Origin: a virus
Lineage: Duplodnaviria > Caudoviricetes
Reading direction: 5' to 3' (one strand)
Length of the DNA stretch: 64,000 nt
Virus record (IMG/VR): IMGVR_UViG_3300037501_000111
Coordinates: 276,342 to 340,341 of that record
Both the position numbers and the translations under genes were made by a program. This document shows positions 52,315-61,905 of this stretch, piece by piece; within the stretch, counting starts at the first letter, position 1, and each line of letters opens with the position of its first letter. Below the pieces are notes generated by a model, which was given only the letters and a program-made list of their open reading frames with translations, made no database searches and was not told the DNA's origin.

Positions 52315-52398
52315 TTGGGATAGGCTGTTTGAAGAACTAGGGTGTTTCCCCTCCTTTCTGCCCGAAGTTTCAAATTATTTTGAACAGTCCTATCCCAA
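52315..52398 (+). ncRNA. Long hairpin RNA candidate upstream of tRNA-Leu
   Basis: TTGGGATAGG/CCTATCCCAA plus CTGTTT/GAACAG stem. Confidence 0.5.
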
Positions 52399-52401
52399 CA
52401 T

Positions 52402-52487
52402 GGGCATGTGGTGGAACGGCAGACACAGAAGTCTCAAAAACTTCCGAGCTAAAACTCATATCGGTTCAAGTCCGATCTTGCCCACCA
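52402..52487 (+). tRNA. tRNA-Leu (CAA)
   Basis: GGGCATG/CTTGCCC; GAAGT-CTCAAAA-ACTTC; TTCAAGT; ACCA. Confidence 0.9.
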
Positions 52488-52957
52488 GAGTTTCTACCAG
52501 CAAATGTTGAAGTTTGCGAATGACAGTTTGGACATAATAATCTAAGGTTATGTAAACGATTGTCATTATAATTTCTATTGATATGATCTAGTTGTAAAAC
52601 TAAGGTCTTACCGTTCCATTTAGGATTTAAACCACATTCACTGCATTTGTTTTGTAGTTTGTTTTCTTGTAATAATCTTCTTTTCAATGCAGCCGTATTA
52701 TTGTACGTGCTATTTTTGACTAGAATTTTATTCAATGGCAGCTTGGGCGCCCAGGTATTACGTTTACCTTTTAGGTGTCCCTGTCCTACAAAATGAGACG
52801 TGTCTAGATTAAGAATTTGTATTCTCTTTTTAAATACACGATAGGCACTTCCTGTTTCATTTAAGTTGAGAGATAATAAAACCTGCCTAATTGATGTGCT
52901 GTTTTTGACAGCGTTGGAAAAAGTAGTATCATCTACTTTATAAACTATACTTGGCAT
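52466..52957 (-). CDS. HNH homing endonuclease
   Basis: CSECG..LQLDHIN..DNRLHNLRLLCPNCH; same family as 40231. Confidence 0.92.
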   Translation of the reverse strand: MPSIVYKVDDTTFSNAVKNSTSIRQVLLSLNLNETGSAYRVFKKRIQILNLDTSHFVGQGHLKGKRNTWAPKLPLNKILVKNSTYNNTAALKRRLLQENKLQNKCSECGLNPKWNGKTLVLQLDHINRNYNDNRLHNLRLLCPNCHSQTSTFAGRNSGGQDRT

Positions 52958-52978
52958 ACTTAGTTATATATCAATAAA

Positions 52979-53272
52979 ATGCGTTTACCGATTGTAACAG
53001 CCATTTTTCTGTGCGCTTGTGCTACAGGCGTGTCAGATCCTATTGACAATTCCACAGAAGAAGCATCTGCAAATACACCAGCTCCCAAACCATTGCCTCT
53101 GCCCGAGCCTCCTCCTGATTGTGAAGTAAATAGTTATTGGGTAGGCAATTGCTTAGTCAAAAAAGTTTATTGCTTCAATCAAATAAAAAAGATTGATGTG
53201 ATGTGTGATAAGGGCAGAGAACTGCTTCCTTGGGAGTATATTCCAGACCCCCCATTTAATGGTGAAAGATAA
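52979..53272 (+). CDS. Putative lipoprotein
   Basis: IVTAIFLCAC signal; Pro-rich. Confidence 0.55.
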   Translation: MRLPIVTAIFLCACATGVSDPIDNSTEEASANTPAPKPLPLPEPPPDCEVNSYWVGNCLVKKVYCFNQIKKIDVMCDKGRELLPWEYIPDPPFNGER

Positions 53273-54873
53273 TGTCCTCAGAAGAGACCCTAATTCAAGT
53301 TCGTCGTTATAAGCATCAAGAACTTAATGGCGGGACTTATCCTTTAGCAAGCGACCCTAGTGTTCTTCCATTTATTACACATACAACTATTCTTTATGTA
53401 AGAAGGATGATTAGTTTGTTGCGTGGCAATGGTAAGCTCGTTGCTTCTGTTGATCCAGAAGAATTGGGTGATAATGATAAGTACATTATTCGTGGTCGCA
53501 TCTCAGCTTTACGTAAGTCTGGCGCCATTACCTTTGTTAAGGTAACTGATTTTACTGGTTCTGTTCAAGTTATTATTAGCAGATCTTTTTATCCTATGTA
53601 TGATGATCTTAAACTACTGGATTTAGGAGACATTGTAGAGGTAGGTGGTCGTGCTTGTCAGTCTAAGACTGGTGAGGATTCATTACTGGCTTTTACGATT
53701 AAGGTCTTAACCAAGTCTCATCGCCCGCCTCCTGAGAAGTTTGGGGGTATTGCTGACCCAGAGCTTAAGTATCGTAAAAGGTATCTTGATTTGATGTCCT
53801 CTGAAGAGTCTCGTGCAAGGTTCACAGTACGAACATATACTATCCGAGCTATTCGTGAGTTTATGGAGAAACATTCTTTCTTGGAAGTAGAGACTCCTAC
53901 TCTCGGAGCTATCGCCAGCGGCGCTAATGCTAAGCCATTTATTACACATCACAATGCGCTAGATGTGGATATGCGTTTGAGGATCGCGCCCGAGTTATAT
54001 CTCAAAAGATTGCTTGTTGGCGGATTGGATAAAGTGTATGAGATTGGTCGAAACTATCGCAATGAAGGTATTGATACTCGACACAATCCTGAGTTTACTA
54101 TGATGGAAAGCTACCAAGCATATGGTAATTTCCAGCAGCTAATCAAGTTTACTATTGGTTTAATTCAACATGTCACTCAGTATCTAAACATGAATTTGCC
54201 ACCTAATGTTGTTGGATATTATAGAAGGTGGCAAGAGGAAGCATCATACGACCTCTGGACTTTTATGGAAGTTCCCATGTTTGATGCTGTAGTCAAAGCA
54301 ATGCGAGTTGCTGGGCTGGATTGGGTTATTCCTCACACGGTGGGACAAATTCATATTCTAGACAATGACAACCCGCGCCTTCAAAAGATTGATCTCAAAG
54401 GCATGATGCATGGTCTTGACGAAGCAGTTACTGAGGGTGAGAAATTAGCGGTTTTGTTTGAGTATGTAGCAGAGCCATTCCTAGCTGAGGATTATCGCAA
54501 TGAAAGTGGAAATCGCTCACGTCCCGTTTTCATTACAGATTATCCAAAGGATATCTCACCTTTAGCTAGAGCAAAGGATTCTGATCCAACCATTTGCGAT
54601 CGATTTGAATTGTTCGTGGATGGATGTGAGTTAGCCAATGCATTTCAGGAACTCAATGATCCGGAAGAGCAGGCTCTCAGGTTCAAGGAACAGTTAGAAT
54701 CTAACAATAAGGATCCAATGGATTATGATGCTAACTATGTGGAAGCATTAGAGCATGGGATGCCGCCAGCCATTGGATTTGGAATGGGTATTGATAGGTT
54801 GGTTATGCTACTGACTAATACTACATCTATCAAGGATGTTATCCTGTTTCCAACTTTAAGACCTGAGAGGTAA
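53272..54873 (+). CDS. lysS: Class II lysyl-tRNA synthetase
   Basis: OB anticodon domain (GRI..FVKVTD..LGDIVEV), LRIAPELYLKRLLVGG, YRNEGIDTRHNPEF, GFGMGIDRL. Confidence 0.96.
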   Translation: MSSEETLIQVRRYKHQELNGGTYPLASDPSVLPFITHTTILYVRRMISLLRGNGKLVASVDPEELGDNDKYIIRGRISALRKSGAITFVKVTDFTGSVQVIISRSFYPMYDDLKLLDLGDIVEVGGRACQSKTGEDSLLAFTIKVLTKSHRPPPEKFGGIADPELKYRKRYLDLMSSEESRARFTVRTYTIRAIREFMEKHSFLEVETPTLGAIASGANAKPFITHHNALDVDMRLRIAPELYLKRLLVGGLDKVYEIGRNYRNEGIDTRHNPEFTMMESYQAYGNFQQLIKFTIGLIQHVTQYLNMNLPPNVVGYYRRWQEEASYDLWTFMEVPMFDAVVKAMRVAGLDWVIPHTVGQIHILDNDNPRLQKIDLKGMMHGLDEAVTEGEKLAVLFEYVAEPFLAEDYRNESGNRSRPVFITDYPKDISPLARAKDSDPTICDRFELFVDGCELANAFQELNDPEEQALRFKEQLESNNKDPMDYDANYVEALEHGMPPAIGFGMGIDRLVMLLTNTTSIKDVILFPTLRPER

Positions 54874-54875
54874 AT

Positions 54876-55910
54876 GTGTCTGATATCCTCCTTGCTAAAC
54901 CAAAACTTCCACCTGATTGGATTGATGTTTCTGTGGGCGAGCCACACCTTGTCAGAGATAATCTCATTAAAGTATTTCAATTAGAAGAAGAACTAAAGAT
55001 TGGTCATCTTAAAATAGATGATTTAATCTATCCATCTCCGGTTGGATATCAGCCTTTGGTAAGGCATTTAGAGGAGAAACACGGGGCTCCAGTCATCATT
55101 ACTAACGGTGCCAAGCAAGCTTTAGGTGCTTGCTTTTACGCTCTGCGTAAATTAGGCAAAGAGTATATTGCCATGAGAAATCCTCATTGGTGTTTGATTC
55201 CTCCGTTAGCTAGAATGCATGATTTGAAGCCGACCTTTTCGGATCCTAACGTTGAATCAGAAGATCCTTATTTGCTACTCGGACCCAATAATCCGGATGG
55301 ATTTTGCCCATCAGCCAAAGAATTATTAGAATTATCTCAGCAGTATAAAGAAGCCGGTGTTCCGTTCATTCATGACGCAGCATATTATACTCATATCTAT
55401 TTGCCAGAAACTCACACTCTGCCTAAAATTGGAGATGTTCAGATTTATTCTATAAGCAAGATGCTAGGATTATCTGGTCTCAGGTTGGGTTATGCCGTCT
55501 GTCACAATCCTGAATATTATAAATTGATTCAGGAGTATATGGAAGCCATGACTGTAGGGGTCTCAATCTCTTCTCAGACCTGGCTTTTTGATTTACTAGA
55601 CCGTCGCATGCGCAGTTTCCCTACATTAGTTCGGAGGTTTGAAGGTATCTCTTCTATGCAGCTAGAAGAAAATAAAAAGTTATGTTTACAAATATCACCT
55701 GATATCTTAGAGGTTCCAACTAATGTGGCTGAGGTGCCAGGTATGTTTGGATGGTTCAAGACTGGACCTAAGTTTAATTTTGAAAAATCAAAAATAAATT
55801 TTATTGACGGGGCCTTGTTCGGAATGCCGGGCATGATTAGAATGAATTTGGCATTCGATTATGCTAAAATGCAAGAAGTAGTTAATAGATTGAACGCTTG
55901 TAAAGAATAA
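54876..55910 (+). CDS. PLP-dependent aminotransferase, class I/II fold
   Basis: TNGAKQAL, PNNPDG, DAAY, SISKMLGLSGLRLGY. Confidence 0.9.
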   Translation: MSDILLAKPKLPPDWIDVSVGEPHLVRDNLIKVFQLEEELKIGHLKIDDLIYPSPVGYQPLVRHLEEKHGAPVIITNGAKQALGACFYALRKLGKEYIAMRNPHWCLIPPLARMHDLKPTFSDPNVESEDPYLLLGPNNPDGFCPSAKELLELSQQYKEAGVPFIHDAAYYTHIYLPETHTLPKIGDVQIYSISKMLGLSGLRLGYAVCHNPEYYKLIQEYMEAMTVGVSISSQTWLFDLLDRRMRSFPTLVRRFEGISSMQLEENKKLCLQISPDILEVPTNVAEVPGMFGWFKTGPKFNFEKSKINFIDGALFGMPGMIRMNLAFDYAKMQEVVNRLNACKE

Positions 55911-55918
55911 GAAGTATC

Positions 55919-56290
55919 ATGTATATTTACTATGTTTGGGTTACTGCTTTATTGCCAACCTATCAAGATGGAATTATTGCAGGATTAGTCCAACATGGTT
56001 ACATGGTAGGGCCAGCAGCTAAAGATGGAAAGGTTACTTCTATAACAGAAGGTTGCCCAGCAGCTTTGATTGCTCTCTCGGTATACAAACAGGAAGAAGA
56101 AGTTGATGTCAAGAAAATCTATGAAGATGTCATAGGTGTTCTTGGCGAGATACCGGCCAGATATTATTCGGTTGTAATTTCTTTATCACATGAAGCCACG
56201 TGGGTTGGACCCAATTTTTCTGTACCAGTTAAATCTAAAACAGAACCACCTGTACCGCCACCAGCCGGTAAAAAGACTAATATGAATTAA
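55919..56290 (+). CDS. Hypothetical protein
   Basis: Co-oriented ORF. Confidence 0.6.
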   Translation: MYIYYVWVTALLPTYQDGIIAGLVQHGYMVGPAAKDGKVTSITEGCPAALIALSVYKQEEEVDVKKIYEDVIGVLGEIPARYYSVVISLSHEATWVGPNFSVPVKSKTEPPVPPPAGKKTNMN

Positions 56291-56522
56291 CTGGCATTAT
56301 CGTATGCCAAGAGTTCCGTATGAGCGTATTGTTCCTGAAGCCAACAAGCTGTTTATCAAAATGACAACAGCACCAGGCCTAAAAACAGTTAGGTATTGGT
56401 ATGAAGCTTATGTTTCTTTATTAGAGGCAGCCGGATGGGATCCAGTTTCTTTCGATAAAGAAACTCAAAAAAGAGTTGATGAAGGCTGGGAAGATACCAA
56501 GCCTGTTATTTGGAATTGAATA

Positions 56523-57143
56523 ATGTTTAATAAGAAAGTTGCCTGTGGAGAGTTTGTCAAACGTCAAACTCCTGACTCGGGATATTCTCATTTTGAAGGT
56601 TCCTGGGAATTGTTAGAAGGCATAGTAACGTACTGGTTTAATGATCCTTGTTACGCATATAAAACTATACCCGGCTATAAAGACGGGGTAGTAATTCAAG
56701 AAGTGCCATCTGATTTTTTTCGTTCTGCTATTGTAGAGTTGAATGAAAAATCTAAATTGACTGCAAACTATGCACCTCGTAGATTAGGAGAGGATCCATT
56801 CATCCGAGTTTCAGCTAAAGCTAAGAAGCAACAAGCCAAATATGCATCAGTTGTGTTATATCGACATGACGTTCTCGCAGAGAACAACGAACGAGAGACT
56901 GATGCTGAGTGGGAAATTGTTGCTATCAAAGCTCGCGTGACCGAAGAAGAAGAGCCTATGGATCCTTATACAATGGCTCGAAATTTTCTCCACCTTAAAG
57001 GTGGAACTAAGGGAGATTTTACGGCTGAGCAATTTGCTAGGTCGATTGTCTATTGGAACAATCACACAATGTGTATCGGAGATCCAAAATGGCTTCGAAA
57101 GCTTAAGAAGATATTTGATAGCATCTCAAAGATTTTTTCCTAA
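56523..57143 (+). CDS. DUF3228-family protein
   Basis: FVKRQ..SHF..GYKDGV..VVLYRHDVLAEN..EPMDPYTMARN. Confidence 0.85.
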   Translation: MFNKKVACGEFVKRQTPDSGYSHFEGSWELLEGIVTYWFNDPCYAYKTIPGYKDGVVIQEVPSDFFRSAIVELNEKSKLTANYAPRRLGEDPFIRVSAKAKKQQAKYASVVLYRHDVLAENNERETDAEWEIVAIKARVTEEEEPMDPYTMARNFLHLKGGTKGDFTAEQFARSIVYWNNHTMCIGDPKWLRKLKKIFDSISKIFS

Positions 57144-57627
57144 TACGAAAAATAGTCTCTTTGCTGACTCCATAATCTTCTGCAACTACTCTGGCGATTC
57201 TATCATCTTTTAGTATTTGCTCTATTTGAGCATCGGTTAATTTTTGTTGTGACCTGGCCATTTTGTTTTTCGAATCTTCGGACATAGTTTTGCCACGATG
57301 AAAATCACCAACAGCTTTTCTTTGTGCCGCTGACATTTTTCCTCGGGAGCCGCCCGTTCGAATATTGTATCCTAGCTTAATTGAACTATGTTTTCTGATG
57401 AAGTGTTCCTCCCAATAATCAGCGGACTCTTGTGTACCACAGAAGGTCAAAAGTTCAGTGATAAAATTTTCTGAACCATATTTCATAATGGCTCGATGTA
57501 GTTTGATACAATTTTTGCCACTTGGTTTTTTATGATCAAACCATCTTTGTTTAATGGTATTCCAAGTTTGACCAATGTAAATTTTACCGTTAACTGAGTT
57601 AGTTATTTTATATACGCTACATAACAT
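57103..57627 (-). CDS. GIY-YIG homing endonuclease
   Basis: VYKITNSVNGKIYIGQT..RW..H..LHRAIMKYG..GYN. Confidence 0.9.
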   Translation of the reverse strand: MLCSVYKITNSVNGKIYIGQTWNTIKQRWFDHKKPSGKNCIKLHRAIMKYGSENFITELLTFCGTQESADYWEEHFIRKHSSIKLGYNIRTGGSRGKMSAAQRKAVGDFHRGKTMSEDSKNKMARSQQKLTDAQIEQILKDDRIARVVAEDYGVSKETIFRIRKKSLRCYQISS

Positions 57628-57672
57628 ATAGTCATACTATGATATGCCTACACAAGATCATAGTATGACTAT
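57628..57672. repeat. Perfect 16-bp inverted repeat at the GIY-YIG start
   Basis: ATAGTCATACTATGAT-N13-ATCATAGTATGACTAT. Confidence 0.9.
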
Positions 57673-57954
57673 TGAAAGGAAGACTTATGGATTCTATTGA
57701 AGAGTGCCAGCATGTTTGTCATTGCGCCTGTCATAATCCTGCTACCCGCATGCTGCATTTTATTAACTGTTGTGTAACGTGTGATATGTGTGAGTAGCGC
57801 ATTAAGTGTGGTAAACAAAACGAACACGAAACACAATGTCATTCTCAGACTATGGTAGTTGAATCATGACTACTGGTAAGCCAAAGTGGTATAAAAAGCT
57901 TGCTGAATGTTTTAGACAGTTACGTCGAAAAGTTGCCGAAGCTGGACTGAGACT

Positions 57955-59583
57955 ATGGCAAAACATACCGTATTTGAAAGATTAATATCTGGAGTAGAGG
58001 AAATAATGAAAAAAGCAGTTGCTAAAAAGATTGAAACTGGTAATGAGCCGAAGATTGCGTTGAGCACGGCTGCATTGAAAGAGGTGGTCAAGGGCTATGA
58101 AAAGGATTTGCCCCTGTCTCTTGGTAAGGATCTCGTGACAGAGATTCCCCTTGTTGATGCCAACAAGGATCTCTTGGAGTATCTCCAGGATAACATTCCT
58201 ATGAATGCGCAACAGATCCAACTTATTACCAATTGGCTCTACGGAGATAAGAAAGAATCTCTTGCTGATGTAACCGCAAGCTCAGTCAATGAGTTTTTTA
58301 GGAAGATTGCCCACATTAGCAATTCTCCAGACCCAATGATTGAGATTAAGATTGCCAACAAATGGTATCCAGTCAAGGTTACTTTGCAAAAGTTTAAGAC
58401 TTTCTTCGGTGACCATATCATTGATTTTACCTGCTATGCCAAGCTGGGCGACCTTCAGTATCAGAAGCGTTTCTATATTGGTAGTTGGGATTTTATTGAC
58501 AACAACGATATGCCTTGGAAGCGCACTTTCAATGAAGTTCTTGCTAAGAAGAACATTCGTGCTGCATCTCCTGAGGCTATTGAAAATGCCAAGAAGTTGA
58601 ACGTCAAGATTATTGCGTTTACCAATGAAACTAACAAGCAGTATGATGCTTGGGGAGCCGGCCTTACTTACCATGAGTGGTGGGGATTCGATGAGATCAA
58701 TGTTGGTTGGAAGGATTCTCCTACTCCGGTCATCATTGAGCCGACTTTGGAAAATGATAATGCTGCTAATGATCGCACTCAAGGCAATGAATGGCATTTG
58801 CCATTCGTGCGTGTCTTCTCTTTGAAGCACAAGGACTATATCTATGTTGATATTACCTCCATTAAGGAGCATGAATATCATCAGGATGGTCGAGATAAGA
58901 TTGTTCTTCCGAAGAAAATGTTGACTGCATTGGATAGTATTTTCAATGCCAAGCAAGAGAATGTCTTCGGTGATTTGTTCCACGGTCGCCATGGTGGTAT
59001 CGTAGTTATGGCAAACGGACCCTCTGGTGTTGGTAAGACACTAACTGCTGAGGTGTTCGCTGAGTATCAGGAACGTCCTCTCTATGCTATTGAGATGAGT
59101 GAGATTGGAACCTCTGTTGAATCTGTCGAAGAAAACTTGCAGAAAATCTTTGCTCGTGCAAAGAAATGGAATGCAGTGCTTCTTTTTGATGAAGCTGACA
59201 TCTTCTTGTCTGAACGTCAGGCATCTGACCTTGAACGCTCTGCAATCGTTGGTATCTTCTTGCGCCTGCTGGACTACTATGAGGGCATTTTCTTCCTTAC
59301 AACTAACCGTGGAGAAGGAATCGATAAGGCATTCAAATCTCGTGTTACCTTGTACCTCAACTATCCAGAATTGTCTGACGCTACTCGCAAGACCATTTGG
59401 CAGAACATGCTGAAGGCCGCAGGGATTGATGTTAAGGAGACAGTCTCCTGGGATGATGTGGCAAGTAAGAACCTCAACGGACGTCAGATCCGTAACCAAG
59501 TTCGCTTACTCAAATTGATGCATCCGGAAGGTGGTATCACCACTGCCGACGTCATTGATAGCCTTGAATTTGCGGCAACCTAA
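57955..59583 (+). CDS. AAA+ ATPase
   Basis: GPSGVGKT Walker A, LLFDEAD Walker B, FLTTNR, RV. Confidence 0.93.
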   Translation: MAKHTVFERLISGVEEIMKKAVAKKIETGNEPKIALSTAALKEVVKGYEKDLPLSLGKDLVTEIPLVDANKDLLEYLQDNIPMNAQQIQLITNWLYGDKKESLADVTASSVNEFFRKIAHISNSPDPMIEIKIANKWYPVKVTLQKFKTFFGDHIIDFTCYAKLGDLQYQKRFYIGSWDFIDNNDMPWKRTFNEVLAKKNIRAASPEAIENAKKLNVKIIAFTNETNKQYDAWGAGLTYHEWWGFDEINVGWKDSPTPVIIEPTLENDNAANDRTQGNEWHLPFVRVFSLKHKDYIYVDITSIKEHEYHQDGRDKIVLPKKMLTALDSIFNAKQENVFGDLFHGRHGGIVVMANGPSGVGKTLTAEVFAEYQERPLYAIEMSEIGTSVESVEENLQKIFARAKKWNAVLLFDEADIFLSERQASDLERSAIVGIFLRLLDYYEGIFFLTTNRGEGIDKAFKSRVTLYLNYPELSDATRKTIWQNMLKAAGIDVKETVSWDDVASKNLNGRQIRNQVRLLKLMHPEGGITTADVIDSLEFAAT

Positions 59584-59919
59584 TGAAGGAACGTACAGAA
59601 AGAAATCGCCACCCAGGCTGGGCGGTTCGTTTTGTAGATGGAAGTTGGCTAGCATACGGCCATGGATGGCATCTGTTTGAAGATGCTTTCTATGCTAGAA
59701 TCTTCTCCTCTGCTCAAGAAGCAGAGGATGCTGTCAAAGATGCGGCAGAAGACTTTACCAAGCTGGGCGATTACGATATCGTTCCAGCTTGGGAACCAGT
59801 CTGTGAACAACTTCGTCATGAAGTAGCTTAGCTAAAACATGCAAACAAGTTTAGCCCAGATGACATTTTTGAAATTACTATGGAATTAGATTCCATTCTT
59901 GCTCGTCTGAGGGGATGAA

Positions 59920-60625
59920 ATGATTATTGATTGTCATGTTCATTTGGGTCGTAATGAACATATTAAGGCCAATGTCAAAGAATTGTTGGATTCTATGGAT
60001 GGATCCAAGATTGATAAAGCGTTGGTATTTGCTAGCGAGTTGAATGATTATCCAACTTATGAAATGTTAGACGAGATTAAGCCTCAATCGTGATAGACTA
60101 TATGGTGTCGCTTCATGGAACTTCAATCAGTTCTCTTATAAAAACTCTACCAGTAGATATGGTCTTGAAGCTTGCTTCAAAACTCAAGCAGAACTATTTT
60201 GCGATTTGTATAAGTCTGGCGAAATCGTAGCCGTCAAATTCTATACAGGTTACGACCATTACATGCCCAATGGTGAGCAGGTGAGGTATGCTTTAAACGG
60301 TTTAAACAAAGCAAAATGCCCAGCCATTTTTCATATGGGCGATTGTCTAAGCTCTGTCCATCGTGCTAAACTGAAGTATGCTCATCCACTTCATATTGAT
60401 GATATTGCTGTGGATTATCCTAATGTCAATTTTATCATTGCCCACATGGGATATCCATGGGTACGTGATACTGCTGAGGTTTGTTACAAAAATAAGAATG
60501 TCTTCACTGATATTTCTGGATTTGTATACGGCCAATTTACCAAAGATGATATAGAAACGCTGGATTATCTTGCAAACATTGTTCCATCGTTAAAGGTAAG
60601 TGAAATTTTTCACCTCATTATTTAA
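59920..60625 (+). pseudogene. Amidohydrolase-family protein with a frameshift (~60088)
   Basis: IDCHVH, VKFY, FHMG, IIAHMGYPW, TDISG; C-terminus looks short. Confidence 0.75.
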
Positions 60626-60655
60626 TACAAAACACACAACGCGCATTCAATCTAA

Positions 60656-61270
60656 ATGTCTAAGAAGAAGCTTACTACTAATGTAGATTTGGCGAAGAAT
60701 TCTCCGGCACATCTTGTTGCTAGAGAAGATCCGGAAACCAATTATCGTGCTTGGAGCCGTAATGTTGCAGATCATTTGAAAGAAAAATCCGAAGAAGAGA
60801 TCCGTCAAATTTTACGGGAAACTGCTAATCCTTTTTCTGTTTGTTTTGAACACTGGATTGGTGACTTTAACATGGCTACTGGCGTACGAAATGCTAATGG
60901 TTTCAATGCCAAAGAAATTTATTATATTGGTGATAAGAAGTGGGACCGTAGGGGAGCTGTAGGAGTTCATAACTATACGGAAGTAAAGTGGATTCCGTCT
61001 ATTCAAGAGCTTGCTAATCTATGGAAAGAATATACTTTTGTCGGTATTGATAATGTTCCAGGCTCAGTTCCGATGTCTACTTATGAATGGTCTGAGAATA
61101 CTATGATGATCTTCGGGGAAGAGGGAACAGGACTTACTCCTGCAATGCAGCGTTTTTGTAAGGACATTGTTCATATTGAAATGTTTGGTAGTGTTCGATC
61201 ATTTAATTGTGGATCGGCTTCTGCTATCGCAATGTATGATTTTGTCTCGAAATATAAGGCTCGGCAATAA
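60656..61270 (+). CDS. TrmH/SpoU-family RNA methyltransferase
   Basis: FNMATGVR, IFGEEGTGL, IEMFGSVRSFNCGSASAIAMY. Confidence 0.9.
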   Translation: MSKKKLTTNVDLAKNSPAHLVAREDPETNYRAWSRNVADHLKEKSEEEIRQILRETANPFSVCFEHWIGDFNMATGVRNANGFNAKEIYYIGDKKWDRRGAVGVHNYTEVKWIPSIQELANLWKEYTFVGIDNVPGSVPMSTYEWSENTMMIFGEEGTGLTPAMQRFCKDIVHIEMFGSVRSFNCGSASAIAMYDFVSKYKARQ

Positions 61271-61905
61271 TTGTGCCAACATTTTTTTGAAAATAACACC
61301 ACTTGACCGTCCAAAATCTATGATTATATTTAGGCATAGATTAAGAGACGTGCAGGATAGCTTCCTGCTATTGAGATGGAAACTCAAGAATACTGGAGTC
61401 GCTACCAGAAAGCCACCCCTGCTTGGGATAAAAGTTCGCTGAAAGGACAGCGATGTTTTGAATAAGGTAACTATGAAAGTTGAAGAGTAAGAATCTACAA
61501 TATAAATAATTACCCTTTAGGCAAAGCAAAAACGGAATCACCCAGATAACAACACAGATGACTGACTCAGTTCTCATCGCCGAAACGGGTTAAGCCGTCT
61601 CCTTATATTCTGAATTAGAGATTAACAATGGAAAAAGATTCTAAGTCACAGGAGTTAGTTCTTCCTGAATTAACCGATACTGTCATGCAAAAACTGCATG
61701 AGACCGCTCGTAATATCTATGCTTTTCTGAAAAGGGAGAATGCTCTTGACATTTCATCAGAAGATGATATGATTGACTCTTCAATCGTATTAGCAATTTT
61801 TTTGTGTCTGTAATCCAAATAATCTTCCCATGCAAGAAGAAATTCAATTTGTCTTCAATGCATACCAGGATTGGATTCGTAAAACAATGTTCAACTGAGG
61901 ATATT

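Noticed and set aside
53272-54873. EF-P lysyl ligase EpmA/PoxA
   Set aside because: The protein has the N-terminal OB anticodon-binding domain and full LysRS length.
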